This document shows positions 18,069 through 32,051 of a DNA stretch of 64,000 bases, one piece after another. The notes beneath the pieces are model-generated. The model saw only the letters and a program-made list of their open reading frames with translations, did no database searches and was not told the DNA's origin. The number at the start of each line of letters is the position of its first letter. Within the stretch, counting starts at the first letter, position 1. The position numbers and the translations under genes were made by a program. The stretch is from Blastocystis sp. Blastoise (taxonomy: Eukaryota; Protista; Bigyra: Opalinata), in assembly GCA_039096225.1 (NCBI GenBank), contig JBBPEB010000017.1, forward strand, positions 248,001-312,000, given 5' to 3'.

Positions 18069-18541
18069 TGTTGAGTCTTTTTAGGATTGTTTGTCTACAA
18101 AAAGAGAATAACAAAATTTCTGGCAAACGAAAAAACCAGGTAAAAATAGACAGTCACCAGTGAAATTTTGTTATTTTTCCATTTATTTTATTATTCAAGT
18201 ATTATCCATCGAAATTTGAATAACGTGAAATTAATGAAATAAAAGTGATAGAAGAAGATGTGGATGACCCAATGATAATTAGAAAATAGGATTACAAAAT
18301 ACTGGTTGAAAAATTAATGTTGTCACGATATTCTGTATAATGTTTATGAATATTATTATGTTGTGGATATAACTTTCTACATGATTATGGTATAATACTT
18401 TAAAGGAGCATAAATATGGAACACATTGGTGTTATTCACTAAACAAACGCACAAAACGATAAAAAAAATATTATTTTATTTAAGTGAAGACTTAAAAGTA
18501 TCGATAAGCACATTTATTAAAGAATAATAAAAATGTTGCAC

Positions 18542-19193
18542 TCATTCCAATGTTTTTCGAATAAAAGTAGAACTTAAAATATACTTACTGGATCTATTGA
18601 CTGTAAGGACAACTAATGGTTTCATTCCTAATATATAGTAAGAGTTATTAAAAATATTTCATATAAAACAAGAATAAAGAAAATATTAATATATCTATAT
18701 ATACCTTTTTGTTTTCTTACTTCATTAATCATAATCCCTCCTTTAAACGTTTCTAAAGAGACAATAATAGCATCTAAATCCTTAAATATAATAGCAGGAC
18801 CATATATATCATGTAATGGTTCCAATTGTAACTCTATATTTGGATTCACTCTATATATGTATTAAAGAGAATAGTAATATTATTATATAGATGTAATGAA
18901 GAGAATATTATTATTATTATATATGTATTGAATATATATATTATATAGATATAATGAATATAATATTATATAGATGTAATGAATAGAATATTATATATAT
19001 ATAATGAATAGAATAATAATATTATTATATATGTAATGAATAGAATAATAATATTATTATATAGATGTAATGAATAGAATATTAATATCCTATATACTGA
19101 TGACAGAAAGCATTCACAAGTTGACAACGTTCCTCGTATGATTTTATTTTATCAGCATTCGACTTGGTAGCTAACATATCTTGTGATGTCACC

Positions 19194-19234
<41 letters not shown>

Positions 19235-19436
19235 TAAATATAACAAAAATTAAAAAATAATAATAATAAATATAGATTGAATAAAAAGCTTTATATATCT
19301 ATATATATACTCCAATAACAATATGATTGGACACAAGACACGCGAGAGTTAATAGTATTTTATGTCCTGCATGTAAACAATCAAAAGTACCTCCCAGACA
19401 TATCTATATATATAGTTATATTGCATAATGATATAA

Positions 19437-19532
<96 letters not shown>

Positions 19533-20018
19533 TATTATAATGTAATTCAGTAGCATTGTTAAAGTCTAAAGGTATACATAAATCATTCCAAAGATCTAAA
19601 TCAATAAACTCACAATCAATAGCTTCATAGTGAGATATATTATTCTTTATAATGGTTTCAATATTCTCTTTATTTTCTTTTAGAGAATATATTTTCACTA
19701 GTGATTCTGATTCAGGTAAAGAACTATCTAAAAATGTATATTTTGCAATCAAAACTTAATAAGCATACTATTGACTATAGGATAAACAATGAATTCAATA
19801 TTTGGCTTGTTATAAGTTAAAAGAAGATCCCAGATAACAGTATATAATGATGGAATGCATACTAATAATTCTTGTTGTTTTCCAAATAAGTATATGATCA
19901 TCTTATTATCATTCTTCTTTATGATTTGTTCCAATAAAATCTCATTTTGCTGATTCACTTTTGATGTTATAGAATCAGTCCCATACAAGAATATCCCTGT
20001 AGATTTCGTTGTTTCCAT
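18542..20018 (-). CDS. Phosphopantetheine adenylyltransferase (cytidylyltransferase family)
   Basis: LGGTFDCLHAGHKILL (HxGH), LHDIYGP, AIIVSLET.KGG..IN..R..KG, LSSTFIR; TGA at 18542-18544. Confidence 0.9.
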
Positions 20019-21146
20019 GATAAAACTCAAACAATCAATACAAAATATATAAATATATCTGAATTGTTTCTATTTCATTTTTTTCAGTAACTTCGAATTT
20101 TTAATCATGATTATAAACAATTTCTTTAATAAATAATAGAAATACTTTGGGGAAATACCTGTCTTTCTGTTTATGAGACTGACTTTTTCTGAATACAAAT
20201 TTTTGTTTCACTCTAAACGTGTGATGTAGTTAATAAATACTTGAAAAGTGTTTGACTCCTCAATATGGGCAAAGATTAATTACAAATCAATTATTCCATT
20301 TCTGTGTTTCGATAAATAAAAATCATCATAAAAGAACAAAACAATGAAGGAAAAATACTAAATAAAAAACAGGGGTGAGTTTGAGAAGTCAAAAAAATAT
20401 TCATAGAAAACAATCTACATAATTAAATATCATGGAATACAACATAATGCAACAGTGTAAGAACTAATAGATCACGAAAGCATTTATTTGATAAAAAAAA
20501 AGTAAATTATTTAGGAACAAAAAAGAAAATCACAAACGAATAACAAAAATAAATATACATTAAAAAAAAGCAAAGATAAAAAAAGAAAACATCAACAAAG
20601 AATATATATAAATAAATGATAAATTATAAAAAAATTTAAAAAATGGATAAAGGTGTTCGTAAAGTTATATAAGTAATAAATACTCTACGCAAAAAAAAAT
20701 AAAAAAGTTCATTATTTGTATATATATATAATAAAGAAAATATATAAAAACATATATATATATAATTTTAAAGATTTAAAAATGAATAAATTATATTATA
20801 ATTATAGTTTTTATGAATATAAGAAGAGATAGAAAAGTAAAACTATAAACATATTTGAATATATATAAATTCCATTATAATAGAATATATACTTAATATT
20901 ATTATTAATCTATCAAAAAACGATAATAAAAAAAAGTTTAAAAATATATATGGTTAGAATATGTATACACATAAATAGATAAGAAAATGTATGTATATAT
21001 ATATATATAGAAAAAGAAAACTCTAAAGGAATAATGATGGAGACAAAATAAACAAAAAATAGTTATTAATATATATATAAATAAATATATAATAATAATA
21101 AAACATAAATTTATATATATAAAATAAAAAATAAATAGTATATGAT

Positions 21147-24100
21147 TTATATTTTCCCTTTAACAAATAGATTAAGATCTATTTCAGGGTCACGATGTAT
21201 AGGATAAGGAATAGCATGAGCTAATTCTAATTCATAGGTACCTTGTAATATAGGTAATTTTATATTATATTTTAAATCATATAAATTAATTAATGTTTCT
21301 GTAGTACCATCAGTATAGCGAATCACCATCTCATTACGAGGACGGATTGTACGGATAACACCTTCTTTATATCCTTCTCTTCCTTTATATACTTTTAATG
21401 TTTTATTAATCCACCATTGACGCGGTTTACTTCTTAATTTACGTAATAAATAACGAGTATTTGATTTGGTTAAAGGTACTTTCTTATCTGTATCTTTAGA
21501 TAGACTATCTGATGAATTGACTCCATTCCCGTGATTATTGACTTCTATTTCAAGATCTGTATCTTCTTCAATTTCACTTGGAGTATTCCCGCAACTATTT
21601 GAATTACTAACGGGAGTAGAAGAAGGAGATTCTGTCGGAACCATTGTTGTCGTTACTGTTACTATAGTATTATTATTATTCTCCTTATTATTCGTAGTAT
21701 TATCAATAGATTTTCGTTCTTTCTTTATATCTTTTGAAGTACAATTAATAACTTCACACTGTGATAAGGGTTTACCACAACGACAAATTCCCGTAAGAAT
21801 TCCTTGTCCATGAGTTGGTGTAGAATGATTACATGGTAAACCACAAGGACAAGCTTTCTTATTATTATTTGTATTCGATTTATTCTTATTTACAGCTATA
21901 TTAGAAAGAGAAGTATTTTTATCTTTTGATAGTTCTTCTCTTTTTACAGGTACTGTTTCTTTTTTAATAGTAATAATTTCATTTTCATTATTTTCTTTTA
22001 CTATATCTATATCTATATTTTTATCTTTCTTTTCATCAAGAACAGTATCTGTAATAGATTTTTCTTCTTTTACATTTGAATTCTCTATAGGTTTCTCAAT
22101 TTCCTCTTTAATTCCTTCTTCTTCTTCTGTTTCTTCTGTTTCTTCCGTTTCTTCTTCTTCTACTTCTTTTTCTTCTTCATCAGGTATAAAACATTCTTGT
22201 TTTAAATAATTATCTACATCCATATGTAAAATCATATGAGTAGACCACTTCATCTTATGGCGGGCATGTAAATGGCGGGAAAGATTACAAGGACGAGGGA
22301 AATAACGATTACAAAGTGGACACTGACTTGGAGGACGCTGAGAAGTATTCCCTTCCTATAGGTTATATAATATAGTATATAAAAATAAATTATGTAATAA
22401 GGTATATAATAAATAATATAATAGTAAATAATATAATAATAATAATAATATAATAATATAATGTAATAAATTATATAATAAATAATATAATAAATAATGT
22501 AATAAAATATAATAAATAATATAATAAAATACAAAAAACAATAATATAATAAAATATTAAAAAAAAAAATCATAATAAATCCTATAAATACTCCTTGTTG
22601 TTCATATTGAGTTAACTTTCCCGTTTTTCGTTCACACCAAGGACACACGAATTCGACGATTAATGACGTTTTACGGCTATCGATGCCAACACAACTAGTA
22701 TGATACCAGAAATCACAGATATCACATTGTATATAATGACGTTGAGGAAAATAAGGCGTAAAACATTTACAATATAAAGTACCTGATCTATATTGATCGA
22801 CGGAACATACAAGATGATTTAAAAAAGAAGAACATTCATCTGTTATATGTTTTTGTTCCTTAGATACACATTTCTCTACTTTATTTAATAAAGAGGTCAT
22901 TACTTTTTGTATTTCTCGAATACGTGTACTTTGTTCACATCGACGACCATTAATAATAGTATTATAATGATCATATAAACGTTTCTGACGAATAACGGGG
23001 TCCTTACAACGACGTAAACAAGGCAATTCCAAAGAAGTCTATTTAGAGGAATTATATTAATATATATATATAGTATAGTATAAGATTCACATATATATAC
23101 AATAATAAATATAAAAAGTATACAATATAATAATTAAAAAAAAAAAAAACAAATAAAAATAAAAATAAACAAAATAATAATAATCATAAACAAAAATAAT
23201 AAATCTATATACATCATCAGGATCAATATTTTCTCCCGGTAAGCATCCATGTATATATTTCTTAATAACTGAAAATACTTGCCCACAAGTACAGCATTTA
23301 ATCATTTTCGGTGAATCAATTGATTTTAATGGATTTCGTCTATGACAAGAGGGACAATGTATATGTAAAGACTCATGATAGTGTTCATTTCTTGGTTTAT
23401 ATTCAACAGCTTTGGGTAATATTTTCGGTGATTGTAATTGTGTAGATAAATGTTGTTGTACTATAGATCCATTAATAGAATTCGCATGAGAACGAGTAGA
23501 CATAGAAATACTACTACTATTTATAGGAGTATTATTAGTATTAATTGTACTTTCAATTAAAGGTATAGAAGAAGAAGTAGTAGAAGTTGTAGGAACTAAA
23601 TTTGGCTTTGCTATTGTTAAATACATACCTTTTTGTATATCATTAGATAACATAGGAGGAGATAGATTTGTAGATATAGATGAAGGTAAAGGTATAGTAT
23701 TTGTAGAAGTAGGAATAGTTCGTGGAAGAATAGATGTATTTGTAGAAGGTATTGAAGTAGTATTTGGAGTAGAATCGGATTTTCCTCCTAATTGACATAA
23801 TATAGAAGCTATTTGATTCTCTATATTATCATCAGAACTCATTTTAGCTAAATAAAACAGAATTATATATAAAATATAAAAAATAATAATAATATTAATA
23901 ATAATAAAATAATAAAAAAAAAAAAAAAAGAAAAAAAAAAAAAACATAACAACATACATTGTTTTGCATTTTTGTCAACAGTAGAATCAGCTTTACGTTT
24001 TGTTTGAGAATTTGTGCTTAATGAAGGAGACATCATATTTTTAGATGGAGTATTTGATGGATCAAAAACTGCAGATTTGATATTAGGGACCATAACATGA

Positions 24101-24771
24101 TTCGCCATCATCGTAGGATCAAAAAATGGTTCATTTGGAGACATCATCATTCTCATATTAGGGTCTTTTTGTTGTGCACTCATTGCCATAATATATTTTT
24201 CATAAGCTTGAGGATCTAGTCCAGGTTGTTTTCCTGCAAAAAATCCAGGATATGAATAATAAAAATTCATAAGTTGTGCATTAAGGACTGGGTCTGTATT
24301 ATAAGGATAAGGATATGCATTAGGTGCAGAGAAGATTTGAGCATCAGGAAGTCTTGTTGTATCTCCAGCACGAGGGTTATTTTGTAACATCATTTGAACA
24401 TAAGGGTTATATTGTAAATAAGGATTATTTTGTCCAAGAACTGGATAGATTGAAGGTGGTATCTCATTAGGGTACATAGAACGAACTTGATTAGGCATAG
24501 GATTTTCTTTTGAAGCTTTATAATATTGATAATATGGAAGTTCTGGATTAGGAACCATGACTTGTGGATTATCATATGTATATTGATTTGGAGCCATATA
24601 AGGATATCCATTCTGTATTGAATTATGATCTTTTTGAGTATACACTGTATTGGCAGACACTAAAACAAAATGAAATTTATATTTATAGTGGAAAAAAGAA
24701 ATAAATTCATTACATTTATTGTTGTCTTGGGATGGAGTCCCTTTGTTTGTATTCTTATTATAGTTTTGCAT
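21147..24771 (-). CDS. PHD-finger and C2H2 zinc-finger chromatin protein with Tudor-like C-terminus
   Basis: YCKC...QCDICDFWYHTSCVG...FVCPWC (PHD); CPLCNRYFPRPCNLSRHLHARH (C2H2) after splicing; extra CxxC pair; WWINKTLKVY...GVIRT...IRYTDG. Confidence 0.8.
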
Positions 24772-24999
24772 TGCTGATTTGTTTAGAAAGATCGGCTAAT
24801 TTTGAAAGAGGTCTATTTTCGCAAATCTATTTAGGCTAATTTTTGACAGAACGATAGTATAGGAATATAAGAACAACATACCTATGTAAGATTTGAAAGG
24901 AAAGATGATTAAGTTTACTTCAGAATAAAACTATTTGAAGTTTCCATAATTCTTTTGTAGAGCAATGGTTATCCAAGACAAACTTCTTATTCGACAATA

Positions 25000-26150
25000 A
25001 ACAAGCCAATCAGGGGTCATCAGGCATGACCTCTTTCAGCGGGAAATGGGGAAAAAAAGCGCAAAAAGAGCCAGTTTTTACAAAAAAACACTGAAGAATC
25101 AGTCAAAAAATAATTAAAAAATCACTAAAAAAATAAAAAAACAAGTATAATTTTCTTAAAAACCGTCGGTATTTTTTCAAAGACATTGTTTTTGAGCTTA
25201 TCTTGACGTGCTACACAAAACCGAACTATTTTCAAGTGAAAAAAATAAATAATCAGAGAGAAAATGTAAAATAATCGTTTAAGCGCAAAAAAAGCATCAA
25301 TAAGCGCACTTTGCGCTAAAAGCGCAGTTTTGGCACACCCTGAAGCCAATGGAACCATGTAAATTATTCCATTTCCTATTGGCTAACTCAAAAGAAATAC
25401 CATTCAAAAACCAATAGAATTTTATTGTTTTTAACTTTACTTGAAAACTATTGGATATTTCTGACCAACTCTCTTTCGTGAAAAAGGACCATCGTCAGAG
25501 GCAAAACCAGGAATAGTCCCAACAACGAAATGTGATGGAATTTCTTTTGTTCTATTCTTTGTCTAAAGCTGGAATTAGTATGGATCTGAAATAATGCTAA
25601 CAAGACTTGACCATGGGAGACTTAACATATATATCACGCTTGAAGGAGTTTGATCTTAGAGTCCATTTCTAGCCATTCTATTTCCTAAAGACCCAAGTTA
25701 ATGACTATTGAACTACTCTATGCTACTCTTATCATGAAAACAAGTAAAAATTTATGGAAATGCTTTTATTTAAATTGGTTAAGAACAAGTAATCGACCAA
25801 ATTATTTTTTATACAAGAATATGTATTTCAATATCATTATTTTACATTCTAATGAATCAAGGATATCATTAAGATTATATGAGGTCAAACTAGTATTTTA
25901 ACAACATTAAAAACTGATAAAAAACACAGAATTATATTTTTAAAAGTCGTTTTCATTCACCTCCTTTTTCCTTGTTATTACATTTAAGTCTATAACTCTG
26001 CCTAACAACTTTATATATATACAAAAATACAAACTAAAGTAGTAATTAATAGTATAGTAAACAATTGATCCTTTGGTCGTGTTAGGAATAAGGGCCACTA
26101 ATAAATAAGGTCCATTATCAGTATTCACTTCAAAACATCCTTAGCCAATC
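25000..26150. promoter_or_regulatory. CCAAT-box and AGCGCA-rich upstream region of the PHD gene
   Basis: CCAAT/ATTGG at 25006, 25346, 25378, 25411, 26145; clustered AGCGCA/TGCGCT 25059-25326. Confidence 0.4.
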
Positions 26151-27192
26151 AAATCAAAGAATGACACAAATCAACCAAAAAACCGCAGGAATTTTTGGAT
26201 GAAAAACATTCGGTCGATTTGTTTCCCATTTTAGAAAATAAAAAGAGATTCGATTTGATTATTTATTCTTAGATGCCATTTACTGTTTTATGTATTCTAA
26301 TGTTAAGTGTCAAGTTGGATATAGAATTGATATCCTGTTCATCTAAGCATGTTTCTAAGTTGTCTGTCGCTCATTATTAAGAGTAATCATCCACAACTAT
26401 GCTAAGTTTTTGCAATGAACACATTAGTAAGAATCTATAGGAACTGATGATTAAAAGATTATTGCTATTATTTGCTTCAAATAAAAGAAAGACACTTTGT
26501 GTTTCTTTGTGTTTTCCTGTTAAATAAGTATCGATTTATATATCCTATATATCAAGAGGGTATTCTAAGATATATTTTTATGGTTTAGAATTCATTATAA
26601 TTTGACAATATTTTTTTGTCACAATGGCTGTATCCTATTTATAGTTCTGAAGATATTTTAGATTGCTATTGACACGCATAGTAAAGTACAGTCATATATT
26701 GAAAGAATAATGATACAGATAGCATTTATAGACACACATAAATAGTCTGATACAACTTAATGTAGTGAATAGAAAAGCTTAAAGCTTTTAATGTTTAAAT
26801 CAAAGTGAATTAATATAGAGTAATAGATACAAATTATGTAAAAAGAAATTTAAATCATGGATTTATCTTTCTTGAAAAGAAAACTAGATTCTCCTCTATC
26901 TATAATTTTTATAAAAAATACAAGTATCTAGCTTTGAATGGTAAATAAAAGAACTAAATACTGTATAAATAGATGTAAAAAACAAAAAAAAAATTCACTT
27001 TATTAATTAATAAAAAAGAATAGTTACGAGAAAAAAAACAGTTATATTGAATATAAAAAAATACAGTTAGGAGACAAAAAAAATCAGTGATTATTTATAT
27101 ATATAGAAAAAGAGAAAAAGAGAGCAGAGAAAAAAGAATCCGCAATAAATATATAAATATACAAAAATCTATATATAGAAAAAAGAAGAGAA

Positions 27193-27875
27193 TTAATTGT
27201 TTTCTTTAGATTCCTTTTTATCTTTAGATAAATATTTGGAAATAGGCTTCATAGATTGTTTAATAGAATCCATATAATTAGTAGCTTTATCTTTGACTAC
27301 ACTTGTTTCTTTAGAAATATTTGCAGATTTCATTTGATTATATTTATTCATAATATAATCAGTAGTACTTACATCACTAGTAAGAATATTTGACATTACT
27401 CCATGAATATAAAGAATACTATGCTATATATATATACAATATGATTCTATCTTTTCTGTCTCATGTTAAAAAAGAATAATAATCTATAGATTACAAATAT
27501 ATACATTCCAAGAACGTACAAGGAAATTTGAGGTTTCCTCATAGTGATCAATATTTGTAGGTAATACAACTATCTATAAACAAAGCAAAAAATTAAAGTG
27601 AATAAGGAATTTTATATAATTGGCTAAAAACGAGAGGATAAACAAGAAATAGAATAATTATTATTATTGAAACATACTTGTTGCTTATTGTCTTCATTTT
27701 GGGCTATGTCACGAATATGAGCTATAACACGTTGTTGATTTATAAGTAATTTTTCACTAGAGTAAACATATCCAAGATAAACTACGGCAGCACCAGAGCC
27801 AAAAGCAAGAGTTTTCTGAATGAGAGACGAAAGCCTAAAAAAATAAGTATAGGATTCTTAAAGATCCAAGTACAT
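27193..27875 (-). CDS. Small single-pass membrane protein, MIC13/QIL1(Mic12)-like
   Basis: Spliced product MLSSLIQKTLAFGSGAAVVYLGYVY...FLVRSWNHSILYIHGVMSNILTS...; start codon split AT|G by 39-nt intron 27835-27873. Confidence 0.55.
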
Positions 27876-28214
27876 GACGAAAATGAGTTGATCTAACAAA
27901 TTATTTAAAGAGTCAAAGAGTTCGTTAATAGAATTACTCACAAATACAATAAATTGTTGGTTGATGGTGAAAATATTTTATTTTCAGGTGACAATCTCTA
28001 CTTCCCCGTGATTCACATTTTGACATATAAAAAAAGGAAATAAATGATTATCAAGAATTATCTGGCTTAAAAATCATTTTGTCCCTAGATTTATTGCAAT
28101 TGTTGTTGAAAGAACTTTTAAATTTGTAGATAATATAAGATAAAAGGAACCTCTTCTATAAACTCTATTTATAGTTATATACTTATATCAAGAAATTCCT
28201 TATTTTTTTATATC

Positions 28215-29943
28215 ATGAGCATGGAAACAACAACTGACGCAGTCCCTGATCTTCTTCAAAAAGGTATCAGCGGCATCATTTATCCTCCACCAGATATCCG
28301 AATTCTTGCCGATAAAACTGCAGAATTCATTGCTGCTAATGGTGAACAATTTGAAAGTAAAATGTTAGAGAAGGATGAGCAATCCAGAGTTAAATTTTGC
28401 TTTTTACTTGCTGATAATCCTTATAATGCTTACTATAAATTAAAAGTTAGCCAAATAAGAGAAGGTGTTTGTATGTTTATGTTATTATTATTTTTTTATT
28501 TTTTATCATAATTATCTTTTTATATATACAATGATAGAATTCTTTTGATGTCTATATTTTTATTTTATATATATGATATTATATATATATGTTTTAATTT
28601 ATAAGCATTTTTTAAATATATGTTTTTCAATATTATACATATATATATAGCTGGTGATATAAATGAAGAAGAGACTTTTGAACAGAAAACAGAAGATAAA
28701 ATATCAGAAACTGTAACTGAGACTGCTCCTACTTCTGTAGCTTCTTCTATATCTACAGTTGAACGTAATATCAAATATAATCCTATTACTTATTTATTAA
28801 AATCTATACCTACTACTCCTCCTCCTGATGAACATTTCTTACTTCCTTTCTCTACTATGCCTGCTATTGATATGGAAATTATTAAATTAACTGCACAATT
28901 TACTGCTGTTAACGGAAGAAAAGTATAAGATTATTATGGTTATTATTATTATGTTTATTATGTTTATGTTTATTATTATTATTTTTATTATGTTTATTAT
29001 TATTATGTTTATTATGTTTATTATTATTTTATTATGTTTATTATTATTATTATTATTTTATTATTATTTTATTATTATTTTATTATTATTTTAATTTATT
29101 TATTAAGTAATGAGTATACTATATACTAGTCTATCTACTTCTATTTCTCTATAGTTTTTAGATGGTATAACAACCTATCAATCACGTAATCCTCAATTTG
29201 ATTTCTTGAAGCCAACACATCTTTTAAATGGCTTTTTTACATCACTTGTTGAATCTTATGCCAAAATACTTCACCCTGAACGTGAAACCAAAGCAAATCT
29301 TATCGAATTCTCAGAGAATAAAGAAAATATATTAAAATTTTGTTTATGGAAGCAGGATTATCAACAGAAAGAAGAGAGAAGAAGACAAGAAGAAGAAGCC
29401 TTAAGTAATAATGAAAGACTAGTCGATCAAACCGTTAATTGGAATCAATTCACGGTCGTTGAAACTATCACCTTTAATGAAAAAGATTTCGTATATATAT
29501 GTTTATTTATTATATATTTATATAGTTATTATTCTATATTTATATATTTATATATTTATATATCTATTATTATTATATGTTTATATAATATTTATATGTT
29601 TATATAATATTTATATATTTATAGGCACCTGCAGCTACTTCAAATAAAACTGAACAAGTATATTATATATATATATATAAGTAGTAAACTATAATATATA
29701 TATATATATATATAGGTCGAAGATATGGATGTTGATATGGAAATGGACGAAGATCTTCCCGCCAAAACATCTATGCCGCCACCTCCTCCTCCTCCTCCAT
29801 CTAGTACTCCCGCGGGAAAGAAGATTGTTACAGAATATACACCTAAATTGAAAACAAACACTGGACCTACTATTACTGGCTTCTATGATGAAAAACAAAA
29901 AAGGTATATATTATATATATTAGATTTATTATATATTATTATA

Positions 29944-29977
<34 letters not shown>

Positions 29978-29993
29978 CATATACATTATTATA

Positions 29994-30024
<31 letters not shown>

Positions 30025-31354
30025 CTTATTATTATACTTATTATTATACTTATTATTATACATATATATATATATATTATTATTATTATTATACATATAT
30101 ATATATTTATTATTATAATTACCATATATATAGAGAGATTAGTGTAGATGAGTTATCGGACCATATGAGAATTGGTTTAATGGATCCAAAATGGAGAGAA
30201 CAGAAAGAACGATATATGGAAAGACAGGCTCAAACGAACTTAGTAGATGGTACAGAAATGTCAAAAGTATTAAGTACTTTAAAACGTGTTCCTAACGATA
30301 CTAATGATAATAATAATGATACTAATTATAATTCAAAGAAATTATTAACAGAAGATATTGATGTTGAAGATGCAGATATGAAATTAATAGAAGCTCAAAT
30401 GGAATATAATAGAAAGAAAGCTCTGGGTCTGAATAAAATACAAAAACCTGTTGTACAAAAACAGCAAGATGACACTCCCTTCGCCATGCCTACCCCTGAC
30501 GGAATGGCACCTCGTCCTCTTCTTCCTATGAATACTAATACTACTAATAATAATATATCTCCTAAAGCACCTCTGTCTCCTCCTAATCCTTCTATGTCTT
30601 CTATTTCTTCGTCATTTGCTAGACCTATGATGCCATCTTCTCCTCCTCCTACTACTACTAATACTAATATATCTATACCTATACCTTCTCCTTCTCCTAT
30701 TCCTCCTCTTCCTAGAACAATTCTTCCCACACCTTCTATGCCCTCAATTCCCGTGAATATTCCACCTCCACAACCAATTACTATGAGCAGAAATACCGCT
30801 TTCGCTTCTATGAGTATATTATATATTTATATATATTTATTGTTTTTATTTTATATTATTATATATTATTTATTATTTATTATTGTCTTTGTTATTATTT
30901 ATTATTAGTATGTCTATTATTATTTATTATTCATTATGTTCTTTATTTTTTCTTTATTATATTTACTCACTTTATACTTATAATATAACATATATATTAT
31001 TACTCTTTCTATATAATATACTTTATATATTCTATAGCTCTTCTTCCAGAGCAACAATTCCTTGCTATTCACCCTGGTCCAGTCACTCTATTTATTATAT
31101 TACCTGTTGATAATAGTACACCTTCTTGGAAGATGAATGGACAAACTATATCATTTACTGTCGATTTACATTTACTTATAAAAGATTTTAAAGAACAAAT
31201 ATCAAAAGAAATCGGTAATTGTCCTACGAATAAATTCCAATTAAAACATGATATACATGGATTTTTAAAAGATAAGCAAAGTTTAGCTTCGTATAATCTT
31301 GCACAAGGAACAACTTTAATGCTATTACAGAGACAACGTGGAGGTAAAAAGTAA
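28215..31354 (+). CDS. SF3A1: Splicing factor 3A subunit 1 (Prp21)
   Basis: Two SURP domains (IIYPPPDIR..ADKTAEF; IIKLTAQFTAVNG...NPQFDFLKPTH), W..F.VVETI.F, HMRIGLMDPKWREQ, C-terminal ubiquitin-like domain ending RGGKK. Confidence 0.96.
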
Positions 31355-31758
31355 TTCATATTATTATAACTATTGTTTCTCTATATTTTTATATAGAACT
31401 GTTTATATATATAGATTATAATTAATTCTTTTCTTTTCCTATTCTTTGTTATTGTCATTTTCTATTTTTGTTGTTGTTGTTTTGTTCCCTGTTTATAGTT
31501 TATTTATAATGAAATATTTGTTATTGTTCTGATTCATAATGTATTATTTACATAAAACTAATTATATAAACAAACAATAATCAAAAGAGAGTGATATTCT
31601 AATATGAATCTAATAAAAAATATATTTATTTAATAGAGAATTTAAACTGTATAACAATTAAAAAAAAGGAGATGATAATTTTATTTTATAAAACGATATA
31701 GACATGTTTTTATAAAGAAATATTTGAAAAGAATTCTATGTATAAATTTATATGTATA

Positions 31759-31854
31759 TTAATACATAGATCCTCCATATAAATTAATAAGCCGATTTCT
31801 TAATTCGACAACAACTATTTCATTTTTTGACCCCAATGTTAAAGCTGCTTTTAC

Positions 31855-31886
<32 letters not shown>

Positions 31887-31962
31887 ATATATGCAATTAG
31901 TATTTATAGTAATAGAATATATATATATATTATTAATATTTGCAATTAGTATTTATAGTAAT

Positions 31963-32051
<89 letters not shown>

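Noticed and set aside
25123-26767. Second CACTA element (CACTA at 25123, TAGTG near 26763)
   Set aside because: Complementarity does not extend beyond 5 bp and there is no matching TSD.
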